From assembly GCA_963776245.1 (NCBI GenBank), contig CAVZLN010000008.1, positions 128,001 through 192,000 of the forward strand: a stretch of 64,000 nt of DNA, read 5' to 3'. Origin of the DNA: Candidatus Eiseniibacteriota bacterium. GTDB taxonomy: Bacteria; Eisenbacteria; RBG-16-71-46. Each line of letters opens with the position of its first letter. Position 1 is the stretch's first letter. Below are positions 23,512-30,937 of this stretch, piece by piece. The notes beneath the pieces were generated by a model. It was not told the origin of the DNA. It saw nothing but the letters and a program-made list of their open reading frames with translations, and ran no database searches. A program made the position numbers and the translations under genes.

Positions 23512-25062
23512 ATGACCTCCCCACGCGCCGCGGGCATCCTCCTCCATCCGAGTTCGCTGCCCGGTCGGTTCGGCATCGGCGATCTCGGTCCCGACGCGCT
23601 GCGCTTCGTGGACGCACTCGCTGACGCGGGCCTGCAGGTGTGGCAGATCCTGCCGCTCGGCCCCACCGGCTTCGGCGACTCGCCCTACCAGTGCTTCTCG
23701 GCCTTCGGCGGCAATCCCTTCCTCGTCAGCCCGGAGCGCCTCGCCGAGGACGGCCTGCTCACGCGCGCCGACCTCGAGGGGACGTCGGGATCCTCGCCGT
23801 TCGCGGTGGACTTCGGACCACTCATCGAATGGAAGCTGGGGCTGCTCGACCGTGCCTGGTCGGCGTATCAGGCCGGTCATGCCTCCTCGCTGCGCGAACC
23901 GTTCGCCGCCTTCTGCGCGGCGCACGCGTCCTGGCTCGATGACTACGCACTGTTCATGGCCCTCAAGAAGGGGCATGGCGGCCGCGCGTGGCCGGAGTGG
24001 GATCCGCGCCTCGTGACCCGCGACCCGCGCGCGCTGGCGGCCGCGCGCACCGCGCTCGCCGTCGCGGTGGACGCCCAGCGCTTCCGCCAGTTCCTGTTCT
24101 TCCGCCAGTGGGACGCGGTGCGCGCACACGCGCGTGCGCGTGGTGTGCGCATCATCGGCGATCTCCCGATCTTCGTGGCCCACGACAGCGCCGATGTCTG
24201 GGGGCACCGCGAGCTGTTCCGTCTCGACGCGGCCGGTCGCTCCACCGTGGTCGCAGGCGTGCCGCCCGACTACTTCAGCGCGACCGGGCAGCTGTGGGGC
24301 AACCCGCTCTATCGCTGGGAGGTCTCCGAGCGCTCCGGACACGCGTGGTGGATCGAGCGCGTCCGCTCCGCGCTGTCGCTGGTGGACGTGGTACGCATCG
24401 ATCACTTCCGCGGCTTCGAGGCCTACTGGGAGATCCCCGGTGACGCCATCACCGCCGCCACCGGACGCTGGGTGAAGGGCCCGGGTGCCCCGTTCTTCCA
24501 CACCGTAAGAGACGCGCTGGGAGAGCTGCCCATCATCGCCGAGGACCTCGGAGTGGTGACGCCGGAGGTGCTCGCGCTCCGCGACGGGCTCGGACTGCCC
24601 GGCATGAAGGTGCTCCAGTTCGCCTTCGGCGACGGCGGGGCCAACCCGTACCTGCCCCATCACCACGTGCCCAACAGCGTCGTGTACACCGGCACGCACG
24701 ACAACGACACCACGCGTGGCTGGTACGCGACCGCGCCCGAGGCCGAGCGCGACCTCGCGAGGCGCTACCTGGGCCGCGACGGCCACGACATCGCGTGGGA
24801 CCTGATCCGCGCGGCGTTCGCTTCGGTGGCCGACACCGCCGTGGTGCCGCTGCAGGACGTGCTCGACCTCGGGTCCGAGGGACGCATGAACCGCCCCGGG
24901 ACGCTCGGCGGAGGCAACTGGGGCTGGCGCTTCACCTGGGCCCAGTTCAGCGACCTGCGACGCGCACGACTGGAGTCGCTCGCCGCGCTCTATTCGCGGC
25001 GGGCGGCACCCGCCTCGGTCGCCGCGCCGACCGCCCCCGCCTCGGCCTCCGCGCACGCCTGA
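23512..25062 (+). CDS. malQ: 4-alpha-glucanotransferase (amylomaltase, GH77)
   Basis: GILLHPSSLP, GVPPDYFSATGQLWGNPLY, RIDHFRG, AEDLG, YTGTHDNDT. Confidence 0.96.
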   Translation: MTSPRAAGILLHPSSLPGRFGIGDLGPDALRFVDALADAGLQVWQILPLGPTGFGDSPYQCFSAFGGNPFLVSPERLAEDGLLTRADLEGTSGSSPFAVDFGPLIEWKLGLLDRAWSAYQAGHASSLREPFAAFCAAHASWLDDYALFMALKKGHGGRAWPEWDPRLVTRDPRALAAARTALAVAVDAQRFRQFLFFRQWDAVRAHARARGVRIIGDLPIFVAHDSADVWGHRELFRLDAAGRSTVVAGVPPDYFSATGQLWGNPLYRWEVSERSGHAWWIERVRSALSLVDVVRIDHFRGFEAYWEIPGDAITAATGRWVKGPGAPFFHTVRDALGELPIIAEDLGVVTPEVLALRDGLGLPGMKVLQFAFGDGGANPYLPHHHVPNSVVYTGTHDNDTTRGWYATAPEAERDLARRYLGRDGHDIAWDLIRAAFASVADTAVVPLQDVLDLGSEGRMNRPGTLGGGNWGWRFTWAQFSDLRRARLESLAALYSRRAAPASVAAPTAPASASAHA

Positions 25063-25126
25063 CGCATCGCGCGGGCGGCGCCGAAGCGTTCATCGGGGAT
25101 CGCCCGCGGTGCGCAGTGGCGACGGC

Positions 25127-25151
25127 GGTTCGAATCCCGTTGGGGACGCCA
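25127..25151 (+). other. tRNA-Glu-like 3' fragment (T-loop to CCA); not an intact tRNA
   Basis: GGTTCGAATCCCGTTGGGGACGCCA resembles the tRNA-Glu 3' end (…GGGGAC-G-CCA). There is no GTCCCC acceptor 5' strand about 76 nt upstream. Confidence 0.75.
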
Positions 25152-25193
25152 GCGTCTCGAAACGAGCAAGTCCGACCCGTCGGTACGCCACTC

Positions 25194-25286
25194 TCAGACC
25201 GCGCACCCGATCGCGTTCCGGAGCAACCCCACTCCGCGAATCCACCCGACCAGTCGGCTCGAATTCGCGATGCTTGGGGACGCTAA
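25194..25286 (-). repeat. att-like repeat copy B encoding the tail peptide LASPSIANSSRLVGWIRGVGLLRNAIGCAV*
   Basis: Core TTGGGGACGCTA at 25274-25285; 18/30 aa identical to copy C. Confidence 0.8.
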
Positions 25287-25348
25287 CAGTCGCTGTTCAC
25301 GCACTCGTTGTCGCCGCATCCACGCCCGCCGGACAGCGGCCGTCCGCA

Positions 25349-26167
25349 TCAGCGGACGACGATCGCCCGGGTCGTGAGGGTTCGCCCGTTCTGGGTCAGA
25401 TGGATGAAGTAGAGGCCAGCAGACAGGTCGCTCTGCCCGCCGAGCGTCACCGTGTGCCAGCCCACACCCATTCCATCCACGCGGCGCGCCGCCAACTGCC
25501 GGCCGCTCACGTCGAGGAGCGTCAGGGTGGCCGCCTTCGAGTCTCTGAGGCTGAAGGCCACTCGCAACTCATGCTGCGCGGGGTTGGGCGTGACGCCCCG
25601 GAGCGCGAATCGTGCCGCTTCCCGATCATCCACGTCGGTCAGTGAGGGGCGCGCCTTGAAGTTCGCGGTCATCTCCACAGCCACGACCAGCGGCGGATAG
25701 GCGAGCCCTGGCGCGTTGATCCCGCGGCCCTCGACCCGGCTTACGCGCGAGTCGAAGACCACGTTCTCCCCGGCCCCGAGGATCATGTCCGGGTCGCCCG
25801 TCGACCAGTACGCGCCGACGACGTACGTGGTGCCGGGGGACAACTCGACCTCGGCCACCGGCACCCACCGGAACGTGCCCACGAGCGTCCCGCCCGTCCC
25901 GGCCGGCACGGTTGCCGACGTGAGCAGCGTCCCGTCGCCGCGCCAGAGGCCGACACCGTGTGAGGTCGCAAGCCCGTCCTGGCTGGAATCCCAGAAGCCC
26001 AGCTGCTCCACGACGATTGGGGCGCTCACCGTGAACGACCAGCCGCGCGTCGTGTTCACGCCCCAGCCCGCGTTCGAGTACGTGTCGGTCTGCGTGAACG
26101 CGGGGAAGCTCTGGGCCGAGGCGAGCGCAGGCGCAAGCAGCAGCAGAATCGCGAGGACCTTCTGCAT
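25349..26167 (-). CDS. Secreted protein: DUF4082-like beta-sandwich plus C-terminal T9SS-type sorting domain
   Basis: GGAGG RBS, signal peptide MQKVLAILLLLAPALASA, GWSFTV..LGFWD..DGL..SHGVGLW, PNPAQ...GLYFIHL...AIVVR. Confidence 0.8.
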   Translation of the reverse strand: MQKVLAILLLLAPALASAQSFPAFTQTDTYSNAGWGVNTTRGWSFTVSAPIVVEQLGFWDSSQDGLATSHGVGLWRGDGTLLTSATVPAGTGGTLVGTFRWVPVAEVELSPGTTYVVGAYWSTGDPDMILGAGENVVFDSRVSRVEGRGINAPGLAYPPLVVAVEMTANFKARPSLTDVDDREAARFALRGVTPNPAQHELRVAFSLRDSKAATLTLLDVSGRQLAARRVDGMGVGWHTVTLGGQSDLSAGLYFIHLTQNGRTLTTRAIVVR

Positions 26168-26359
26168 GACGGCCTCCGGCTGGATGGTGCCCGGGTTGGC
26201 GGGTGCCCAGGCTCCGATGGGTGCGGCCGGCCCGCCGTGGGTTGATTGTGCGCCTGGGCGCTGCCGGAACAAAGCCCCGGAAGTGGCGGCCCTCTGGACC
26301 GCAGACGCATGCCCGCATGGCCAGAGGGTCGGGGGCCGGCCCCAGGGATTGGCCTGGGC

Positions 26360-26452
26360 TCAGGCGGCGGCGCCGACGGTCTGTCTCAGCGAGTCCATCC
26401 CGCGGAGCCATCCCACGAGCCGGTTCGAATTCACGATGCTTGGGGACGCTAC
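26360..26452 (-). repeat. att-like repeat copy C encoding the tail peptide VASPSIVNSNRLVGWLRGMDSLRQTVGAAA*
   Basis: Core TTGGGGACGCTA at 26440-26451, preceded by GGTTCGAAT as in the tRNA fragment. Confidence 0.8.
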
Positions 26453-26542
26453 TCAGAATCGGAGCGAGAGAGACGCACGCGGACTGACAGGCACTTGCGG
26501 GCGCGAGTGGTCCCGCTCAGTCCCCTCGCTACCCCTCGATTC

Positions 26543-26590
26543 GCTGATCTCCTTGAGGATCTCGGCGTCCAGCGCGAGCTGCGCCACCGC
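26543..26590 (-). pseudogene. Probable IS3-family OrfA C-terminal remnant
   Basis: AVAQLALDAEILKEIS resembles the IS3 OrfA leucine-zipper end (xVADLxLDxxILKExx). The match is short. Confidence 0.45.
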
Positions 26591-26732
26591 TGCCTCTCGC
26601 CTGGCATGACGACCGGCTCCGCAACGCAGGGAGCGACCATTCACTTCCAGAGCGCCAGGGCACTTCAGATTTCCCTCACGATCGCGCCGGAACTGCCGAA
26701 GACTGAGAACGGACCATGGACGCAAACGCCTT

Positions 26733-27476
26733 GTGACCTCACGCCGTCTCCACTCAGCCGCCACAATCGTGGCCTGCTGCCTCTTCGCCCTTCCGGCGAG
26801 TGCCGCGGCCTTGGATGCGGCCCTACCGAGCGACCCTTCGCCCACGCCCACGCCCGCGCCCAGCATCGAGTGGGGCGTGACGTACGCATCGAAGTACTTG
26901 TTCCAGGGCGGATTCGACTACAGCGAAGGCAGGCCGGTATTCCAACCCCAGGCGACGGCGGGTTGGAATGGACTTTCGTTGCAGGTCTGGAGCAACTGGG
27001 ATCAGGCACGCAGCGAGGTCAATGAGTTGGATGTGGCCATTCAGTTCGACTGGGAACGGAGCCGGGCCTCGGGCGCGGTTGGGATTGCACACCTCCAATA
27101 CCCCCACCGCGACTGGAGTCCGACGCAGGAACTGATCGGAACCTTGGGACTCAAGACATTTCTGGAGCCCACGCTCGACCTCCATTGGGATGTCGCGGAA
27201 GGGCAGGGAGGCTACTGGACAGCGGGACTGTCGCGCGGATGGCCGATGTCCCGGGCCGCATTCTCCGTGACGTCCAAGCTGTACGGCCTCGAGCACTACT
27301 ACGGCGTGTCCGGCATGACTGCGCTGGAGACTGGCGCGGCCGTGACTTCGCAATGGGCGGGTCGCTCATTCGAGGCTTCGCTGCAACGGCAATGGGCGAG
27401 GGAGAACCGAGATCTGATCGGAGAGAGTCGGATCTCTCCCGGCTGGCTGCTGGCAATCACGGTCGCGTCTCCTTAG
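26733..27476 (+). CDS. Outer-membrane beta-barrel, TorF/TIGR02001-like putative porin
   Basis: Signal peptide, YASKYLFQG..PVFQP, alternating beta-strand pattern, NELDV. Confidence 0.6.
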   Translation: MTSRRLHSAATIVACCLFALPASAAALDAALPSDPSPTPTPAPSIEWGVTYASKYLFQGGFDYSEGRPVFQPQATAGWNGLSLQVWSNWDQARSEVNELDVAIQFDWERSRASGAVGIAHLQYPHRDWSPTQELIGTLGLKTFLEPTLDLHWDVAEGQGGYWTAGLSRGWPMSRAAFSVTSKLYGLEHYYGVSGMTALETGAAVTSQWAGRSFEASLQRQWARENRDLIGESRISPGWLLAITVASP

Positions 27477-27538
27477 CGGGCGACTCCACGGCGAGGCGTC
27501 GTCGTCCTGGAGCCAACCGGGATCGGAGTACAAAGCGA

Positions 27539-28312
27539 ATGCCGGTGCCTCAGAGAGCGCACACACGTCTCGCAGGGCTCATCAGCCCATCGACGGGCGG
27601 GCTGGCACGGCCCGAGCACACGGCCCATCGCACGGCGCCTCTGCCGGGCTGGAAGCGCGAGACCGCTCCGCCGAAGTCGCGTGTGCGCCTGGTCACGGTT
27701 GCGGCGGTGGGCATTCTGCTGGTCGCGGTCATCGGCAATCTGCTGCTGAGCTTCGTGGCGAGCCATGGTGTGCACTTCGAGAGATCACGCCTGAAGGCGC
27801 GCGCCCAGGCGTTTGCGAACTCGCTGGATGTGAGCCAGATCCAGCTGTTGACCGGCCAGCCTGCGGACGAGAGCACCCCGGCCTTCAAGGCACTCGTGAC
27901 CCACTTGATCGAGATACGGAAGGCTCACCCCGAAGTGCGATTCAACTACCTGATGGGTTGGAATGGCAGCGCGGTCGTGTTCCTGCTCGATTCCACCGAC
28001 CCCGGCTCGAGCGACTACTCGCCTCCGGGGGAAGTGTACGAAGACGCGACGCCGGAGTTGGTACGCTCATTCACGACCGGCGAGCCCTTCGTCGAGGGGC
28101 CCGTCTCCGACCGCTGGGGAACGTGGGTGTCGGGATTGGCGCCGGTCAGGGATCCGTCCAGCGGCCAAGTCATCGCGGTGATGGGCACGGATGTCGATGC
28201 GACCCGCTGGAGTGTGGCCCTCGGAGTATCCCGCGTGCTCGTATACCTGATCATCGGACTGCTGCTATGGGTTGTCGTGTTCTTCGCGAGGCGTGTACAC
28301 GAGCTACAGTAA
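27539..28312 (+). CDS. TM-periplasmic sensor (Cache-like)-TM protein lacking an output domain
   Basis: RFNYLMG..VVFLLDS..DYSPPGEVYEDA..VEGPVSDRWGTWVSGLAPV..AVMGTD, a sensor domain typical of HK/GGDEF proteins. TAA follows 7 residues after TM2. Confidence 0.7.
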   Translation: MPVPQRAHTRLAGLISPSTGGLARPEHTAHRTAPLPGWKRETAPPKSRVRLVTVAAVGILLVAVIGNLLLSFVASHGVHFERSRLKARAQAFANSLDVSQIQLLTGQPADESTPAFKALVTHLIEIRKAHPEVRFNYLMGWNGSAVVFLLDSTDPGSSDYSPPGEVYEDATPELVRSFTTGEPFVEGPVSDRWGTWVSGLAPVRDPSSGQVIAVMGTDVDATRWSVALGVSRVLVYLIIGLLLWVVVFFARRVHELQ

Positions 28313-28396
28313 GGTGAGATCCCGTTGCAGCGCTGGCGATCGCAAGCGAGCCGTGGCCATCTTGGGGCTGGTCCCTCCGTCCACTACCATGCACCC

Positions 28397-29614
28397 GTGA
28401 CCGAATCGAGCCTCCATCCTTGGGATCGCGCCGCCCCCGAGCGGACCGGAAAGCCCTCGGCCTACGCGCTGCTGCCCGAGGACTTCGCGGCCCTGGCCGC
28501 GCCGGGGCGGGCCGAGCACCTCTTCGCTCAGTGCCAGCATCCCTGGGCCTGGGTCGACGACCGGCCTCGACTGAGTCGAGTGATCCGCGAATGGATGACC
28601 CAGAACCTGGACATGACGCTCCCGGAGATCCTGGAGCGCAACGTCTCCGAGGATGGCAGCACGAAGCTGGTGTTGGGCCTCTCGGACGGCGAGCGCATCG
28701 AGGCCGTGCACATGCCCAGCGAGTTCCGCGATCCACGGCTGACCCTCTGCCTCAGCAGCCAGGTGGGTTGTGCCATGGGCTGCACCTTCTGCGCCACCGG
28801 CGCCATGGGCATCAAGCGCAATCTGACGGCAGGAGAGATCGTCGGCCAGGTGCTGGTCCTGCTTCGGGCGTTGGGATCCGAGAGGACGCAGCGGATCACG
28901 CTCCTCTTCATGGGAATGGGCGAACCGCTGCACAACCTGGAACATGTGCATCGGGCCATTCGCGTCTTCAACCACAAACAGGGCCTCAATATCAGCGCCC
29001 GGCGGATCACGGTCTCCACCTCGGGCCTGGTCAACGGCATCGAGCGACTCGCAAGACTCTCACCGAGGCCCTGGCTGGCCCTCTCCCTCAACGCCACCAC
29101 CGACGCGGCCCGCAATGCCGTGATGCCGGTCAACCGGGTGTGGAACCTGGCGCGTCTGCGGCAGGCTCTGGCGGCATGGCCCCTGGGCGCCAGGGAGAGG
29201 CTGACCCTCGAGTACGTGCTGATGGCGGGCGTCAACGACACGGTGGAGGATGCCGACCGCCTCGGCGAGTGGATGGGCACTCTGCGCGAACGCCACAATC
29301 TCAACCTCATCCGCATGAACGAGCATGCCGCATCGGCTTTCAAGGAACCCGATGAAGGCCGACTCGAGGCCTTCGTGGACCGCTTGAAAGCGCGGGGCTG
29401 CTTCGTCACCGTCCGCAAGAGCCGCGGGCGTGATGTGCAAGGGGCCTGCGGTCAGTTGGTGCGGACTGGACTCCCGCCGGGGCTGAGGTTCCTCGCCAGG
29501 CAGGGTGGACGGTGGCGCGGGAACTCTCCCGGTGGCCAGGCGGCGTGCTCAGGCGCCTTTGTTCCTGTCGTCCCAGTGAACCGCGCCGGGACTCCCGGAG
29601 GCTCCAATCCCTGA
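28397..29614 (+). CDS. rlmN: RlmN-family radical SAM RNA methyltransferase
   Basis: CLSSQVGCAMGCTFCATG, MGMGEP, EYVLMAGVND, GRDVQGACGQL. Short atypical N-terminus and a ~50-aa extension after ACGQL. Confidence 0.85.
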   Translation: MTESSLHPWDRAAPERTGKPSAYALLPEDFAALAAPGRAEHLFAQCQHPWAWVDDRPRLSRVIREWMTQNLDMTLPEILERNVSEDGSTKLVLGLSDGERIEAVHMPSEFRDPRLTLCLSSQVGCAMGCTFCATGAMGIKRNLTAGEIVGQVLVLLRALGSERTQRITLLFMGMGEPLHNLEHVHRAIRVFNHKQGLNISARRITVSTSGLVNGIERLARLSPRPWLALSLNATTDAARNAVMPVNRVWNLARLRQALAAWPLGARERLTLEYVLMAGVNDTVEDADRLGEWMGTLRERHNLNLIRMNEHAASAFKEPDEGRLEAFVDRLKARGCFVTVRKSRGRDVQGACGQLVRTGLPPGLRFLARQGGRWRGNSPGGQAACSGAFVPVVPVNRAGTPGGSNP

Positions 29615-29630
29615 CCCGCTTCCCGGGCGC

Positions 29631-29702
29631 TCAGGCAGGCACACCGATCGCCAGACGCAGTCCCTCTAGCTCCCGCAACCACCCCATCCGCCAGCTCGTG
29701 GA
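29631..29702 (-). repeat. Decayed tail-peptide copy D (STSWRMGWLRELEGLRLAIGVPA*), core missing
   Basis: Same GW[LI]R..x..LR..[IV]G pattern and the same 17-aa distance from GW to stop as copies B and C. Confidence 0.65.
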
Positions 29703-29924
29703 TTTCGCCTGCACCACCTCGGATGGGATCCATGGGACCTCCTCCTGACTCCACGTGGGTCGGCAGCTGGAGTCCGCGCGCGGGCCTGCCGAGGGCGGAG
29801 ACGTGCCCCGGCGATCGCACCAGCACCCACGGGATTCCGACGCAATCTGCCCTGGACGAGGCCTTTCGCCACGCGCGCAGCACACCCGCGCAGCTTGCAG
29901 CCGTCCATTCCATCGCCCTCGCTC

Positions 29925-29941
29925 TTGGCATGGCTCTCGCT
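29925..29941 (+). promoter_or_regulatory. Putative sigma-54 (-24/-12) promoter
   Basis: TTGGCATGGCTCTCGCT: GG-N10-GC, about 140 nt upstream of ATG 30081. Confidence 0.5.
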
Positions 29942-30080
29942 CCTGGAAGGGCCGGAAACGGCGCTGGATCACTCCCCGGGTCCCGGGCGCGCGTTTCGAC
30001 ATGCAGCGCAGCGGCATCCGGTCGCCGGGCCCTCGTGGCCCCTCGGGCCGCCCCAGCCGCGGCGCGCGGAGGTCGTGATC

Positions 30081-30810
30081 ATGGGGAGCCCCCGGAAGCC
30101 GTGGAGCAAGGCGAAGGTCCGTCGCGTCCTCGACGCGACACGCTGCAGGCGGGTACGTCGCCAACCGCTCGCGCCTGGGCTGGAGCGTGTGGTTGAGCGG
30201 TGACGGCGCCGGCCCCAGCCGGCGACGCTTCTTCATCCCGGAGAGGTCACTCGCCTCGCGCCATCCGCGCTGGCTCGGCCAGCGCCTCACCGCCGCCTAT
30301 CGACAGGCACTCGACGGCCTCGAGGGCGTGCAGATGATCAGCGGCACCGAGGCGCGTGAACTGCTTCGCTGGTGCACACGATGGAGCCGGAGGCGACACC
30401 GCCTGACTCCGAGCGAGCGCGCCCGAGTGGCGATATACCGACGCTGGTACAAAGCGCACTTCAGCGTCCCCGAGACCGTGCAGGGCGGCGGCTACACCGC
30501 CGAGCGCTCGTGCCGAGGATGGGTCGTCCGCATCAACTCGTACTCGGGTCATCTGCGCGGCCACTATCTGGTCCCGTTTCGCGCCCTGCGCTCGCACGGC
30601 AGGGACTGGTCGGGCGAGCCCCTCGTCGCCGCGATCGAGCGGGTGCTGAACGGCATCGAAGGGGCGGTGCGCACTGACGACCTCAAGGGCTTCAGCCCGA
30701 CGGGGTGGCCCATCACCCAGCGGGCACGCGCACGCGGACGCGCTCCGACACGGTTGCGCCTCCGATCCCCCATGGCTGGCGAGATCTGGACCAAGCGGAA
30801 GGCCAGCTAG
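30081..30810 (+). CDS. Arg-rich hypothetical protein with an internal tandem duplication (frameshift near 30185)
   Basis: GGAGGT RBS; MGSPRKPWSK... continues into ORF 30187..30810. Two repeats share 13/33 identical residues. Confidence 0.6.
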
Positions 30811-30937
30811 CAGCCGTCTCGGGACTCGGCCGCCAGCAGGTTGCCGATCAGCGGGCGAGGCGGGCAGCCTGGCCCCCCCGCGCCTCGTGGAGCCGGAGTT
30901 TGGTCCCGTCCGTGCACTCGCCTAGACTCTCGCGTCC

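Larger units (their letters stand above)
25127..30810. mobile_element. Lower-GC integrase-less genomic islet / array of accreted segments at a tRNA-Glu-like site
   Basis: tRNA 3' fragment, repeated att-like cores, IS3 remnant and unrelated cargo. Sampled 60-nt lines are 55-62% GC (26941-27060) versus 85% at 24001-24060. The right boundary is uncertain. Confidence 0.6.

Noticed and set aside
25076..25151. Intact tRNA-Glu gene
   Set aside because: Only the last 25 nt match. There is no complementary acceptor 5' strand, D-arm or anticodon arm.
25194..25349. 51-aa ORF (TGATG-coupled) that would translate tail copy B in place
   Set aside because: Its N-terminal half is low-complexity and has no counterpart at copy C, which has an upstream stop. 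Probably chance.
26200..26360. Riboswitch upstream of the 25349..26167 gene
   Set aside because: Several hairpins are present (CCCTCTGG/CCAGAGGG, CCCAGG/CCTGGG) but no aptamer consensus I recognise. An Rfam scan would settle it.
25127..26452. CRISPR array
   Set aside because: Only three short cores with spacings of 134 and 1166 bp, and no cas genes.
28397..29614. Cfr antibiotic-resistance methyltransferase
   Set aside because: The motif context (SSQVGCAMGC) is RlmN-like.
29452..29733. Minus-strand ORF with a strong AGGAGGAG RBS (MDPIRGGAGEIH...)
   Set aside because: It overlaps tail copy D out of frame and the rlmN 3' end, and has no recognisable domain. At most a gene-start remnant.
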